From IMG/VR virus record IMGVR_UViG_3300029286_001586, positions 1 through 64,000 of that record: DNA of 64,000 nucleotides, one strand, 5' to 3'. The notes beneath the pieces were generated by a model. That model was not told the DNA's origin, did not search any database, and was given only the letters and a program-made list of their open reading frames with translations. This stretch comes from a virus. Position numbers and translations under genes: made by a program. Positions 9,571 to 20,312 of this stretch are shown in pieces. Position 1 is the first letter of the stretch, and every line of letters begins with the position of its first letter.

Positions 9571-11965
9571 AGTTTGTGGAGGAGAAAACATAAAAGAAAA
9601 CATATTTTCATGGAATACAATTCAATATGACAAATGTGAGTGTGGTATTGTATTTAAACATGATATGACTCTTGAATCTCACTACACTAATGATGATTCA
9701 TATAGAGATTATATGTTCAGAGAGGCACAAATGTATGAAGATTTTGAGAGTAAGATACTTTATCTGAAAAGAATTAAAAAATCAGGAAGTCTTCTTGATG
9801 TCGGTTGCAATTATGGATTACTTATGAATGTTGCAAAGGATTATGGATATGAAGTGAATGGAATAGAGCCTTCTCTTTCTTGTGTTAGATATGGCAAAGA
9901 GCGATTTGGATTTAATATAATTTGGGGTGTTCTTGAAGAACCCACAAAACAGAAATATGATATCATAACATTTAATCATGTTTTAGAACATACAATAGAC
10001 CCTATAAAAGTTCTGAGAGCAGCAAATCTTTCTCTTAATGAAGACGGGATAGTTCTTATTGCGTTTCCAAATTTTGGATGTGAGGAAGCGCAAAAGAATC
10101 CTACTACTTGGCCAACGCTTTGTCCTCATACGCATAATTGGCAGTTTACATTGGAAACAGCTTCGGCGGTACTAATGGCAGCAGGGTTTGATGTTATAAG
10201 CAATCCAGAACTTACAGGCAATCTTGTGTTGATTGGGAGAAAAGCACAGGTGGGGGCTTATCCTGTTGTTGATATTAAGAGACACGAAAGAGACCATGTA
10301 GATATCATTCTTCCAATATATAACGGGGATTATACAAAGACCTTTGTAAAAGAATTATATGAAACCGCAGATTATCCTTTTAAACTTTACATAATAGACG
10401 ATTGTTCTAATGATGGTATTGCTGACTATATTAAAACAGAAGTTCTTCCTAAACACAAAGAAATTGTTTATATTAGGAACGAAGAAAATCTTGGATTTTT
10501 AAAAACAGTCAATGTTGGCATTAGAGCATCGGAAAATGATTTTGTATTGATAGCAAATAACGATTTAAGGTTTCTGAGAAAAGGATGGCTTTCAACAACG
10601 GTCAATACACTCAAAAATAATAAAGATATTGGAGCGGTGGGCATAGAATACTTACATAGTGACGTTGATTTTGTTACGATGTGTTATTTTATGACGAAAA
10701 GAAGCATCTTGGATAGAATTGGATATCTCGATGAGTCTTTTGCGCCTGGAGTATTTGAAGATGTAGAATTTTGCACTCGTTTGCAACTTATGGGATATGG
10801 TTGTGTTGCAATAGACATTCCTGTTGCTCATTTAAATAATAACGGACCGCAGCAAAACATTACCAAAGAAAAACTTACCGAAATAAATAGACAGAAGTTT
10901 CTTGCTAAATATAATTTTGTTCACAGAGATTTCAAAATAGTATTTCATATGAACAATCAGCTATGGGTTGGAGGCATTGAGGAAGTTATAAAAAATCTTA
11001 TAAAATACAAAGACGAAGGATATGAAGTTATTGTTGCGTCCCCTCAAGACGGTCGTATGGCAAAAGAAATGAGAGATTATGGAGCAACTGTTTTTATTGG
11101 AAATTTCACAAAAATATACAATTTAATAAATATAATAAAACCAGATATAATTCATACGCACACTTCTGGTTTGCTCACATATGGAAATCATTTGGCTAAT
11201 TTAATAGTTCCGAAACCTATTCGAGTTGAGACAATTCATTCTCCAGGAACGAACAATGCAACCGAAGATAAATTAGATGCTCTAGTTTCGGTTAGTAATG
11301 ATACATTTTTGAGACAGAACTTTAGTAGAACAGTTGAGATATTAAATGGCGTTGATTTTGATAAGTGTAAAAGAGAAGAAATAGGGAAACCTAAAGAAAC
11401 AAATAAAATAGTAATTGGAAAAACATGCAGAATGGCTAAAGATAAAAAGGTTCTTGATTTTATTTTGGCTGCATATTATCTGACAGAAAAATATAAAAAC
11501 ACAAAATATAATTTGGAGTTTCATTTGGTCGGAGACGATAGCACAAAAATTTATAGAGACAAATGTGTATTATTTGCAAAGCAGCTTGGACTCGGAAATC
11601 TTTTCTTCTATCCAGAAACCAGAGAAACTTCTTTTATGAATGGTTGGGATATAGGCTTAGCTCCGACATGGAGCGAGGGATTTGGTATATCAACGGCAGA
11701 GATGGTTGCATTTGGTTTGCCAGTAGTGACATATAATTGTTTTGCCAATCCAGAAATAGTTTTAGACGGAATTAATGGATTTTTAGTTGATGTTGATGAT
11801 ATAAATGGTTTGGTTGAAAAAACATCCAATCTAATCGAAAATAAAGAATTGAGACTTCAGATGGGAGAAAATGGGTTATCCCACATACAAAATTTTGATG
11901 CAAGAAATATGTCGAAAGAATATTACGATTTATATAATAAACTACTAGGAGAAAAAGTTGGGTAA
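9560..11965 (+). CDS. Three-domain methyltransferase-GT2-GT4 protein
   Basis: CxxC; LDVGCNYG and HVLEH; DDCS, ANND and EDVE; GGIE and EGFGISTAE; GGAGG SD before ATG 9560. Confidence 0.88.
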   Translation: MVCKVCGGENIKENIFSWNTIQYDKCECGIVFKHDMTLESHYTNDDSYRDYMFREAQMYEDFESKILYLKRIKKSGSLLDVGCNYGLLMNVAKDYGYEVNGIEPSLSCVRYGKERFGFNIIWGVLEEPTKQKYDIITFNHVLEHTIDPIKVLRAANLSLNEDGIVLIAFPNFGCEEAQKNPTTWPTLCPHTHNWQFTLETASAVLMAAGFDVISNPELTGNLVLIGRKAQVGAYPVVDIKRHERDHVDIILPIYNGDYTKTFVKELYETADYPFKLYIIDDCSNDGIADYIKTEVLPKHKEIVYIRNEENLGFLKTVNVGIRASENDFVLIANNDLRFLRKGWLSTTVNTLKNNKDIGAVGIEYLHSDVDFVTMCYFMTKRSILDRIGYLDESFAPGVFEDVEFCTRLQLMGYGCVAIDIPVAHLNNNGPQQNITKEKLTEINRQKFLAKYNFVHRDFKIVFHMNNQLWVGGIEEVIKNLIKYKDEGYEVIVASPQDGRMAKEMRDYGATVFIGNFTKIYNLINIIKPDIIHTHTSGLLTYGNHLANLIVPKPIRVETIHSPGTNNATEDKLDALVSVSNDTFLRQNFSRTVEILNGVDFDKCKREEIGKPKETNKIVIGKTCRMAKDKKVLDFILAAYYLTEKYKNTKYNLEFHLVGDDSTKIYRDKCVLFAKQLGLGNLFFYPETRETSFMNGWDIGLAPTWSEGFGISTAEMVAFGLPVVTYNCFANPEIVLDGINGFLVDVDDINGLVEKTSNLIENKELRLQMGENGLSHIQNFDARNMSKEYYDLYNKLLGEKVG

Positions 11966-12668
11966 TCAACATTTATGTACGATTTGTCATAAGCTGCTTG
12001 CTAAGAGAGATTGGGTGGGAGGGATTTGTGAAAAGTGTGCTAATCCAAGTACAGAGGTTCTTTTGTATGATTCTAAAGTAATACTTCATGTCAAGAATAA
12101 AGAAGAACGGAGTTTGTTAGAGGGGTGGGCAAAAGACTACAACGAAATCGAGTTCGATGTTCCTGACCCATATAATGATATATCAGCACTTCTTCTCTAT
12201 CGTTTAGAAACATATAGGATAGGAAAATCTCTTGTCAATGTCAAAGATGAAGCAGAAAGAAAGAAACTCCACGAATCACTTAATTATTCCACAAATCAGA
12301 TAGAAGGAATTCAGAAGAAGATAGGAATAACTAGAGACAAAATTCAAAAGAGAAAAGGTTCTGCCGAAGTAATGTTCCCCCAGCTTATGAAAGAATTCGC
12401 AAAATACAGAGCGGAGCATCAACACGTTTTTAGAGGAATGGCAGTATGCACTAAGTGTAATGAGAGGATAATCGTTAAGAGCTTTCTTCCCACATTTGAA
12501 CAGTGGTCAATAAAAAAACTGGAAGACCTGGCAGTACAACACACAGACTCACAAACACTTATTAATCAGTATAGAAAACATATTGAAGCATTTGGGAACC
12601 CAGAGCAATATAGCGAAGAAATCAGGAGATTGATTGAAAATGTCACAGATGCAGATAATCAGGAATAA
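11958..12668 (+). CDS. Hypothetical protein, possible terminase small subunit
   Basis: Directly upstream of TerL; helical with CxxC pairs; call is positional only. Confidence 0.4.
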   Translation: MGNQHLCTICHKLLAKRDWVGGICEKCANPSTEVLLYDSKVILHVKNKEERSLLEGWAKDYNEIEFDVPDPYNDISALLLYRLETYRIGKSLVNVKDEAERKKLHESLNYSTNQIEGIQKKIGITRDKIQKRKGSAEVMFPQLMKEFAKYRAEHQHVFRGMAVCTKCNERIIVKSFLPTFEQWSIKKLEDLAVQHTDSQTLINQYRKHIEAFGNPEQYSEEIRRLIENVTDADNQE

Positions 12669-12670
12669 CA

Positions 12671-15274
12671 TTGGCAAAATATAAAACGAAAATTGACGCC
12701 GATTTCCTTTATCTGTTGTCGTGTTTTTATGACCCCGCTTCTTTCTTCGAGTTCTTTAATTCGCAGGAACATACAAAAGACGGCAAGCCATATGAGCTTA
12801 TGCAGCCGTTTCTTGATTACTCATATTCTCGTCTTATAAAAAATCATAGGTGCTTGGCTTCTTCTCGTAATTGCCAAAAAACAACATTGCTAGAGAACGA
12901 AACGCTCCAAGACGCTTTAACAAGAGTTGACCAGAAGACAGGATTTATTGTTCCTTCGGAAAAGCACATGATTGAGGTAGCAGAAAATCTTGTGAGAAAA
13001 ACCCAGACATATCCTCTACTTAAACTTTTCTTCAAAGATTGGTATGTTAAAAATAGATACATGCAGTTCCATACTGGTCACATGATTGAGTTCAGGATAA
13101 TGGGACATGATTATACAGGAGAAAAATCAGCAATCGCTTTACACTGTCTTGATGGGGACCAAGAAGTGTTGTTTTATGACGGAACCAAGATGAAGATAAA
13201 GGATGTTGTTGAGAATAAAGTTTCTAAGAGGGTTGTATCATATTCGCATCATTTAGGTAAAATTGAGGCAAGTAATATTGTTAATTGGTTTAAATTCAAG
13301 AATCATAAAGACGTTTCTGAAGAAGTAATTGAAATTGTTTTAGATAATAACGAAAAAATTGTTTGTACGAATGAACACATGTTTCAAACTGCAAGAACAA
13401 GCAAGACTTTTATTCCTGCAAAATATCTTTATATTAACGACAAACTATACAAAAATATTTCATTTAATTGTAAAGTAGTCGAATGGTGGAATGACAACAA
13501 AAGAACAGATGAATATATAAGAGGCTTGCTCTTAGGAGACGGAAGCATTTCTCGTCACAAATCGACGCATAATGCAAGAATTAAAGTGTGTCATTGTTCT
13601 AAACAAAAAGAATATTTGGATTTACAGAAAAACATGTTTTCTGATGTGGGTTATAGTGAGTATAATAGCATTACAGAATACAAGTCTCATGTATTTTCGG
13701 TGCAGAGTCGATGCTCAGAGAAGTTTAATAAATATCATGATGAACTGATAATCGGCGGTAAAAAGACGGTAACACAGAAATATCTTAATAAACTTACCCC
13801 GCTTTCTATTGCTGTATGGTATATGGATGATGGGAGCCTATCTGGAGATTCTTTGAGGTTAGCCACTCACGGATTTTCAAAGGAAGAAAATGATTTAATT
13901 TCTGAATATTTCAAAGATAAATGGGATATAGATAATGCAGTAATGGAAGATAAAAGAAAAAATTTGTTTTTTATCTATTTAAAAGATATTGATAAATTTT
14001 TGAAACTCATTGGTCCGTATATACCAACATGTATGCGATATAAACTTAGCAGAATTGTTTATGTTGGAATAAAATCATTAAATCGAATAAAATATGATAA
14101 GCCAGTTTATGATATAGAAGTTGAGACAAATCATAACTATTTCATTAATGGAATTCTTTGCCATAATTGCCAAAAAAATGTAGTTGACGAATCACAGAAT
14201 ATCCCAAAAGAATATTTACAGCAGTTGACCCCAGGTTCGACACAAGGTTTTGAATATTTAATAGCGGGAGTTTCAAACAACATACGAACAACCGCTTTAT
14301 GGTATGGCGTAGCAGACCCTATGTTTGTTTATCTACGCTATGCAATGTATGAGGGACCAAACTGGTCAGATGATATGGATAAGATGATGCAAGAGCAGAC
14401 TGGTGGCAAAGAAACACAGGGATGGAAGACGCTTGTTGAGGGCAGATGGGGTGAGAGAGCCTTTAATGTGTTTCCGATGAACAAGATTTGGGAAGCATCA
14501 ATGATGTTTCAAAAAAACAAACATCTATATTCAAACCAGATATTCCATGACATGACTACAAACGAACTTCTATCTAAATTGGTTCTTCCTGCGTTAGATG
14601 GAAAATTTTGCGAATATATTTTGGGAGTTGATGTGGGAGGAAATTCAAATAATTCTCCTTCTGAAATTGAAGTTTGGGGTCTTAAAATTAGGGGAGATAA
14701 GTTGGGTTGGATTCTTGTTTATAAATTGTCATTATACAACATAGGTACTGTTATTCAGTCTGAAATAGTTGATTATATAGCATCTTATTTTAATGTAAAT
14801 GGATTAGGTATTGATGCTCAAACAGTGGGTTCTGATTTATATAGAAACCTTACTGAAGGCAAAGTAATTTCGGACCCAGCCAAAGTAGAACGATATAAGA
14901 ATATATGCAAACCATTTATCATGAACTCAATGGTAGTTGTCGATAAATTATTTAACAAGCAGAAGCAAAAAGACGAAGAACTAAAACAACCTGTTAAGAT
15001 GAAAGCGACAATACTACTTCAAGAGTTGTTCAGACAAAATCTTATAGAGCTTCCTGGCGTAAAAGAGATAATGGAGTCATTTCAGGCAGAAACATGGCAG
15101 TCTAATAGGCAAAGAATAGGCGGAATGACATATATGAACGATAAGAACGAACATTTAGTAGATGCTGCTAGAATGGCTGTTATGGCTAGATGGACAATAG
15201 AGCAAGAAGGACTGCTACCACAGGAAGCAGAAGCAAGAGATATCCCAGGACCAAATATCAGGAGAATGAAATGA
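12671..15274 (+). CDS. terL: Terminase large subunit, intein-containing
   Basis: Walker A-like SRNCQKTT, Walker B NVVDE, nuclease motifs ILGVDVG, IDAQ, HLVDA; upstream of portal. Confidence 0.8.
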   Translation: MAKYKTKIDADFLYLLSCFYDPASFFEFFNSQEHTKDGKPYELMQPFLDYSYSRLIKNHRCLASSRNCQKTTLLENETLQDALTRVDQKTGFIVPSEKHMIEVAENLVRKTQTYPLLKLFFKDWYVKNRYMQFHTGHMIEFRIMGHDYTGEKSAIALHCLDGDQEVLFYDGTKMKIKDVVENKVSKRVVSYSHHLGKIEASNIVNWFKFKNHKDVSEEVIEIVLDNNEKIVCTNEHMFQTARTSKTFIPAKYLYINDKLYKNISFNCKVVEWWNDNKRTDEYIRGLLLGDGSISRHKSTHNARIKVCHCSKQKEYLDLQKNMFSDVGYSEYNSITEYKSHVFSVQSRCSEKFNKYHDELIIGGKKTVTQKYLNKLTPLSIAVWYMDDGSLSGDSLRLATHGFSKEENDLISEYFKDKWDIDNAVMEDKRKNLFFIYLKDIDKFLKLIGPYIPTCMRYKLSRIVYVGIKSLNRIKYDKPVYDIEVETNHNYFINGILCHNCQKNVVDESQNIPKEYLQQLTPGSTQGFEYLIAGVSNNIRTTALWYGVADPMFVYLRYAMYEGPNWSDDMDKMMQEQTGGKETQGWKTLVEGRWGERAFNVFPMNKIWEASMMFQKNKHLYSNQIFHDMTTNELLSKLVLPALDGKFCEYILGVDVGGNSNNSPSEIEVWGLKIRGDKLGWILVYKLSLYNIGTVIQSEIVDYIASYFNVNGLGIDAQTVGSDLYRNLTEGKVISDPAKVERYKNICKPFIMNSMVVVDKLFNKQKQKDEELKQPVKMKATILLQELFRQNLIELPGVKEIMESFQAETWQSNRQRIGGMTYMNDKNEHLVDAARMAVMARWTIEQEGLLPQEAEARDIPGPNIRRMK
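13145..14167 (+). mobile_element. Intein (341 aa) with LAGLIDADG homing endonuclease in TerL
   Basis: Begins CLDGDQ, TNEH block B, GLLLGDG and WYMDDG, ends ILCHN followed by Cys. Confidence 0.92.
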
Positions 15275-15384
15275 TTTCGTTGTGTAAAAAGTGCTGGTGT
15301 ATGACAAAGAATAAAAAAGTAAAAGGGACAAAGAATGATTGGGTTTGCGGTAAATGCGGAGCAAAGAAAGATAGGATAAAATGA
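15271..15384 (+). CDS. Small zinc-ribbon protein (37 aa)
   Basis: MISLCKKCWC...VCGKCG; ATGA overlap with terL stop. Confidence 0.55.
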   Translation: MISLCKKCWCMTKNKKVKGTKNDWVCGKCGAKKDRIK

Positions 15385-15650
15385 GACCAAAAAGTGACTG
15401 GAGACCAGACTATGACAAGGAATTGATTGAAACATATAGAAAAGAACACCCCGAACTTATTAAACAAATGGAAAAAGAAGTTCTTCAAGAGAATAAAAAA
15501 ACAACAAAAGAACACTTAAAAATTATAATAGATAAAATGATTTTGCCACCAGTATTAGAGCGTTCAGAAAGGGATGATACATGGAATGGTCGTAATGTAA
15601 TACCTCTTTCTCAGGTTTCTGAAAATATAATAATTAATAAAATAGCGTAA
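15381..15650 (+). CDS. Hypothetical protein
   Basis: Coupled ORF in operon. Confidence 0.6.
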   Translation: MRPKSDWRPDYDKELIETYRKEHPELIKQMEKEVLQENKKTTKEHLKIIIDKMILPPVLERSERDDTWNGRNVIPLSQVSENIIINKIA

Positions 15651-15705
15651 GGACGCCAAAAATTGTAAATAAATTTGGCTTTATGTGGGCATAATATGAG
15701 AAGCA

Positions 15706-17319
15706 ATGACTAAAACAAATAACTTGAAACAAAATGGTCCAGGCTTCGTTCGTAAAACAAATTCTCAATATGATAAACAAATGGATGCTTTCCGAAGCTC
15801 CATAGGTAATCTATTTACTTCAAATGACCCCACGCTATCTTCACAAGGCAAAGTCGAAAAGCTCATGCAGCAAGGATATTGGGGAGATGTAATAAAATCT
15901 CTCAAAATATACGAATCCGACGCTGTTATTAAAAAACTAATAGATGAAAGCACTTACTGTGCAAACACAAAAGTAATGTTTTCATCTACTGATGATGAGA
16001 AAACCAAAGAAGTATATGAGGAATGGGCAAAACGAATAAACGAAGATGTCCCTAATGTAATTCCTGGTATTAATACTGTTGCTGAATGGATATTACTTTC
16101 TTTACTTAAAACAGGAATGGCTGTTCCTGATTTTGAATGGCAAGACATTGATATCAATGGCGAAATATATACGCTTCCAATGAAACTCAATGTTCATCCT
16201 ACCCTTGCAGTTAAATTAAAATCAAGTCCTCTTAAATTTGGTTATGAAGAAGTATGGCTTGGTTTAAATATTACTTCAGATGATTTCAAGAAAGAAACAG
16301 CAAATGCAGACCAATCATATTTAGTAAAATATGTCGAAATGGTCCCAGGAAATTCCCCTTATGGCGGAAAAGTTCTTAATGAAGTATGGCACGATAAAGC
16401 ACAAACAAAAAACACAATACTTTGTGTTAAGAAGCCCAACGCCTTTGCCCTAAAGTATAAATGGTCAGCACAAGACACGACATATTATCCTATTCCTCCT
16501 CTTAAAGCGTTGTTTGCTCCTATTGCAATGAAGCACAAGCTCCAAGAAGCGGATATGTCCTTACTTCAGAGAGTAATCAGTAGGATTATACATGTCAAAG
16601 TTGGCGATAAGGACAATCCTCCGAAACCAGACATCGTTGATAAAGACGGAAATGTGACTAAAAAAGGAACACTCACACTTTATTCAGAAATGTGGCAAGA
16701 AGGCGAAGGCACACAAATATTCACTACTGATTATACAGTGTCAATTGAAGATAAAATACCAGACTTGGAGTTAGTTCTAAATCAGGCAAAGTATATACCC
16801 TCTCTTATGGAAATAATGGGAGCTTTTGGTATCATGCAAGACCCAGACTCTAAAGTGGGGTCTGCTCCTCATGCACAACTTAATTTGACTAAATATGAGA
16901 AATATCTCGAAGACTTGCAAAAAATAGTTATCGGATATATTAAATGGTTATGCAAAGAAATAGATAAAAAGAATCCGAAGATAAAAAAACCGTCTAATAT
17001 AGTAATGAATCCCCCCTATATCGATACTGCAACACAGAAATCTCTAGCTGATTTATTTAAAATGGGAGCAGTAGATATTTATACCCTTCTTGAATCTATT
17101 GATTTGGACCCGACACAGATTAAAGCCAGGAAAGAAAAACAGCTTGGTGATAATATGACGAACGGAGAGAATGTTTGGAGTCCGCCAACATCTCTTGTTC
17201 AAATCGCAAAAGACAAAAATGGTTCTATGAAAGAAGAATTTTCTGAAGATTCGGAACCAGGACGCCCCACGAAAAAAGAAAAAACAGACGAAATGCAGTC
17301 AGAAGAAATAAAACAGTAG
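15706..17319 (+). CDS. Portal protein
   Basis: 537 aa, between TerL and head genes, helical, charged C-terminal tail. Confidence 0.75.
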   Translation: MTKTNNLKQNGPGFVRKTNSQYDKQMDAFRSSIGNLFTSNDPTLSSQGKVEKLMQQGYWGDVIKSLKIYESDAVIKKLIDESTYCANTKVMFSSTDDEKTKEVYEEWAKRINEDVPNVIPGINTVAEWILLSLLKTGMAVPDFEWQDIDINGEIYTLPMKLNVHPTLAVKLKSSPLKFGYEEVWLGLNITSDDFKKETANADQSYLVKYVEMVPGNSPYGGKVLNEVWHDKAQTKNTILCVKKPNAFALKYKWSAQDTTYYPIPPLKALFAPIAMKHKLQEADMSLLQRVISRIIHVKVGDKDNPPKPDIVDKDGNVTKKGTLTLYSEMWQEGEGTQIFTTDYTVSIEDKIPDLELVLNQAKYIPSLMEIMGAFGIMQDPDSKVGSAPHAQLNLTKYEKYLEDLQKIVIGYIKWLCKEIDKKNPKIKKPSNIVMNPPYIDTATQKSLADLFKMGAVDIYTLLESIDLDPTQIKARKEKQLGDNMTNGENVWSPPTSLVQIAKDKNGSMKEEFSEDSEPGRPTKKEKTDEMQSEEIKQ

Positions 17320-17329
17320 GGAGATAACA

Positions 17330-17749
17330 ATGCCAGGATATCCGAAGAATTTTTTAGCTAATTGGGTTGCACAGGCTTCACCAAAAGCCATGATTGACCA
17401 ACTGGAAGACAATATAGAAGTTGTTGTTGATGAACTCGCTTCTGGTCTGCTGGGTTACGAACCTGATATAACAACGAATAGTTTAAGTGGAAGCATGATA
17501 CTCAATGCTACTATTGGTTCATCAAAAATTGTCGTAGCAGATTGGGCGACGAAACAGAACGCAATAGCTCTCAGTTCATTGTCTGGTGTTTATTTGGCAG
17601 ATGGAAGCGTTCTTGCAAGAAAAACAGATTTTTTGACTGTTGGCGTGTCTGGGTTATCTTTAGGAAAATTCGGTCCATTAAGGGACGCTGATGGAGTAAA
17701 TGTTTATTTATATATTAGTGGAGGGGCAGTACAAACAAGTAGGACATAA
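17330..17749 (+). CDS. Putative virion protein, SG-rich
   Basis: Head module; 5 Ser-Gly dipeptides in 139 aa. Confidence 0.55.
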   Translation: MPGYPKNFLANWVAQASPKAMIDQLEDNIEVVVDELASGLLGYEPDITTNSLSGSMILNATIGSSKIVVADWATKQNAIALSSLSGVYLADGSVLARKTDFLTVGVSGLSLGKFGPLRDADGVNVYLYISGGAVQTSRT

Positions 17750-17752
17750 AAT

Positions 17753-18916
17753 ATGAAACAGATTACATATTCAAACGAAAAAATATCTAATACCTCATTT
17801 CAACTAATCAAAGAATTGGGTCGTGATGAAGTTAATGCAAGATTTCCTTATCTCGCTGGTAGAGAAAATGCAAGAGTTATAAAACTTAGTTTTCCTGTAG
17901 GTATAGAATCACATGATGGAGGAACTAAAAGAATTTTAGACGCTTCTACTGCAAAAGATAAAGCGAAATCTTTAAAAGATATGCCTATTCATTTTGCATT
18001 TGACGAAGCAGGTCTTCCGTCTTTACATCATGACGGAGACGAACAGAATAGACCAGAAGTGGGACATATATTAGAAGCGGAGATGATAGGCGATAATGTT
18101 GTTTGTTATGCTTTGCTTCATCCAGTAACACAAAAAAGAGCTACCGAACTCATACAAGCTAATAGAGCAAAACTGGGAAATTCCTGGGAAATAATAGCAA
18201 GAGACGGTATTCTTGATGAAGCAAACAATACCGAAACGATTACAGATTGGGAATGGGTTGGTTTGGCAATTTTGGATAAGGAAGCAGCAGCTTATCCTGA
18301 ATCAAAAGTTCTTGTTGCAAATAAACAGGTACAGGAGGTTAGGTCAATGGGAGAAGTAGAGGTTAAGACAGGGATTATAAAGGTAGTTGATGAGACAGTT
18401 GCTAGGGAAAACGCAGAACTTAAAGCGAAGATGGCTGAGGTGGATAAAGCGAAATTGGAAGCGGAAAAGAAAGATATCGCTGACAAGGCTGCTGAAAAGG
18501 CTACTGCCGAAGCAGAAATAAAAATAAAAGAAATAGAGAAAAAAGCCAATGAAGCGCAAGAAGCATTGGATAAAATAACTAAACAAGTTGATGAGGAGAC
18601 AAAAAAAAGAAATGACGAAACTCAAATTGCCGAAGATAAAGCTCGAAAAGATAAAGCAGTTGTTAGGACTACCGAGCTTAAAGAGTTTATGGACACGGTT
18701 AAGAAAGAAGAAGATAAAACCAAAATCTTAACAATGCTGGAGAAAATGTCAGATGAAGAATATGATATTTTCAAACTTGGTAAGATAAAGACAAAAACAA
18801 AAGATAATGAAATGCTTACATCAATGGGACCTGTAATTCCTTCGTTTGCCAGCAAAACATTGGGTGAAGTAACACCCGAAGATTTACAGAAAACATATGG
18901 TAAGTGGGCAAAATAG
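17753..18916 (+). CDS. Prohead protease-scaffold fusion
   Basis: N-terminal HK97-protease-like motifs (H...GNSWE...GLAIL...AAYP); C-terminal E/K/A coiled coil. Confidence 0.7.
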   Translation: MKQITYSNEKISNTSFQLIKELGRDEVNARFPYLAGRENARVIKLSFPVGIESHDGGTKRILDASTAKDKAKSLKDMPIHFAFDEAGLPSLHHDGDEQNRPEVGHILEAEMIGDNVVCYALLHPVTQKRATELIQANRAKLGNSWEIIARDGILDEANNTETITDWEWVGLAILDKEAAAYPESKVLVANKQVQEVRSMGEVEVKTGIIKVVDETVARENAELKAKMAEVDKAKLEAEKKDIADKAAEKATAEAEIKIKEIEKKANEAQEALDKITKQVDEETKKRNDETQIAEDKARKDKAVVRTTELKEFMDTVKKEEDKTKILTMLEKMSDEEYDIFKLGKIKTKTKDNEMLTSMGPVIPSFASKTLGEVTPEDLQKTYGKWAK

Positions 18917-18933
18917 AAGGGAGGGGAAATTAA

Positions 18934-19317
18934 ATGGTTTATAGTACGGTTTTTCAGACGAGAGCTGGTTCCAATGATAGAATCATAAATGATTTGAGGA
19001 CGGGGGTTGCTTTGTCTGGCGGTCTTGCGGTTGCTATGTCAGGTGACAGTCTGTGTCTCGCAACTATTAATGATGTTCCGCTTGGTTGGGTAGGAAACTA
19101 TTACAATTCAGGGGAAGTTGTTACGGTTATTAGAGACGGCAGAGTTACAGTTCAGTGTGCGGAAGCTGTTAGTGCTGGTGTAGATGTTTGCGCTGGTGTT
19201 AATGGAACAGTAGAAATATTTTCTGTGACTAGGCACAAAACTGGCGGAGCTACTGCTTGCGGAAAAATGATTGAAGTTACGGCATCTGGTCTGTATGGAC
19301 AGATGGAAATTATATAA
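18934..19317 (+). CDS. Capsid decoration/cement protein (DUF2190-like)
   Basis: Small G/A/V-rich protein directly before MCP; GEVVTVIRDG. Confidence 0.65.
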   Translation: MVYSTVFQTRAGSNDRIINDLRTGVALSGGLAVAMSGDSLCLATINDVPLGWVGNYYNSGEVVTVIRDGRVTVQCAEAVSAGVDVCAGVNGTVEIFSVTRHKTGGATACGKMIEVTASGLYGQMEII

Positions 19318-19336
19318 GAAGGGAAGGTGAATTCTA

Positions 19337-20230
19337 ATGGCTCAAGTTATTGATTTATCATCTTATTTAGATAATACGGCGTTACAGCCCGAATATCTAA
19401 CAGGATTGATTACAAGGATTGCACAGGGTAAAATGGTTGCTGAAACTATTATGCCCATTGAATCTGTTCCTACTCAGGATTTCGGTTATCATGTAGAAGT
19501 CGATTACGCACAGTTCGGTATTCCTACTGAAAAGGGCGAAAAAGGCGGACCTACACTGGTACAGGCAGAGTTTACGAAAGCATACGGTTCTACTGTAAAG
19601 TATTACGAGGGTGCTGAGCTTACTGCCGACTATCTCAGACAGCGTTCATATGGTTGGGTTGACAAAATTGGAGAGCTTGTAAATCGTATAGCTTCCAAAA
19701 TACAGCTTGGTGTTGAGAATGACATTCTTACCGCACTTCAGAATACCACAAGTGTTCAGATTCAGGCTGCGACTGGCTCATGGGTAAATAAATCTGCTGC
19801 AAAACCTCTCGATGATATCATAGCTGCTTCTGAAAAGATTCAGCTTGAGGAAGCAATGGACCCAGATTCTCTGCTTCTGTATGTTCAGGACTATAATCGA
19901 CTGATTATGACTGACCAGATAAGGGCAACTTCTCAGTATATCAAAAATGTTAATTCAGGTAAAGACCTGTTTATCACTGATATAGCCAATGGTATTAGAC
20001 TTATGCCGATGCTGGCAAGGTACAATGCTGCTGGTACTCTGACCCCGCTTCTGCAACATTCTGGAATTCTTCTTCCCGCAAACATGGTAGGAAAACTCTA
20101 TGAGTTTGAACCTTATGTTGGCGATTCGATAGAAGACAAAAAGAACCAGCTTATTCTGCTTACTGGTAAAAGACAAGCGAAATGCGTAATCACGAACCCT
20201 AAACGCATCACAAAAATAACGGGTATATAG
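19337..20230 (+). CDS. Major capsid protein
   Basis: 297 aa after scaffold and cement; GSW...AKPLDDI motif; strong SD; followed by hairpins. Confidence 0.8.
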   Translation: MAQVIDLSSYLDNTALQPEYLTGLITRIAQGKMVAETIMPIESVPTQDFGYHVEVDYAQFGIPTEKGEKGGPTLVQAEFTKAYGSTVKYYEGAELTADYLRQRSYGWVDKIGELVNRIASKIQLGVENDILTALQNTTSVQIQAATGSWVNKSAAKPLDDIIAASEKIQLEEAMDPDSLLLYVQDYNRLIMTDQIRATSQYIKNVNSGKDLFITDIANGIRLMPMLARYNAAGTLTPLLQHSGILLPANMVGKLYEFEPYVGDSIEDKKNQLILLTGKRQAKCVITNPKRITKITGI

Positions 20231-20240
20231 AGCAGTGAGC

Positions 20241-20299
20241 GTGTAGGTAACCCCTACACTCTCTTATGGGGGCGAAGGGTAAAACTGAGACCCCCCATA
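20241..20299 (+). terminator. Two hairpins after MCP (terminator or mRNA stabiliser)
   Basis: GTGTAGG/CCTACAC and TTATGGGG/CCCCATAA inverted repeats. Confidence 0.55.
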
Positions 20300-20312
20300 A
20301 AAGAGGAAAAAA

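Noticed and set aside
12868-14177. TAATTGCCAAAAAA (NCQK) present both at Walker A and at the intein C-terminal junction
   Set aside because: 14 bp and A-rich; inteins do not make target duplications; probably chance
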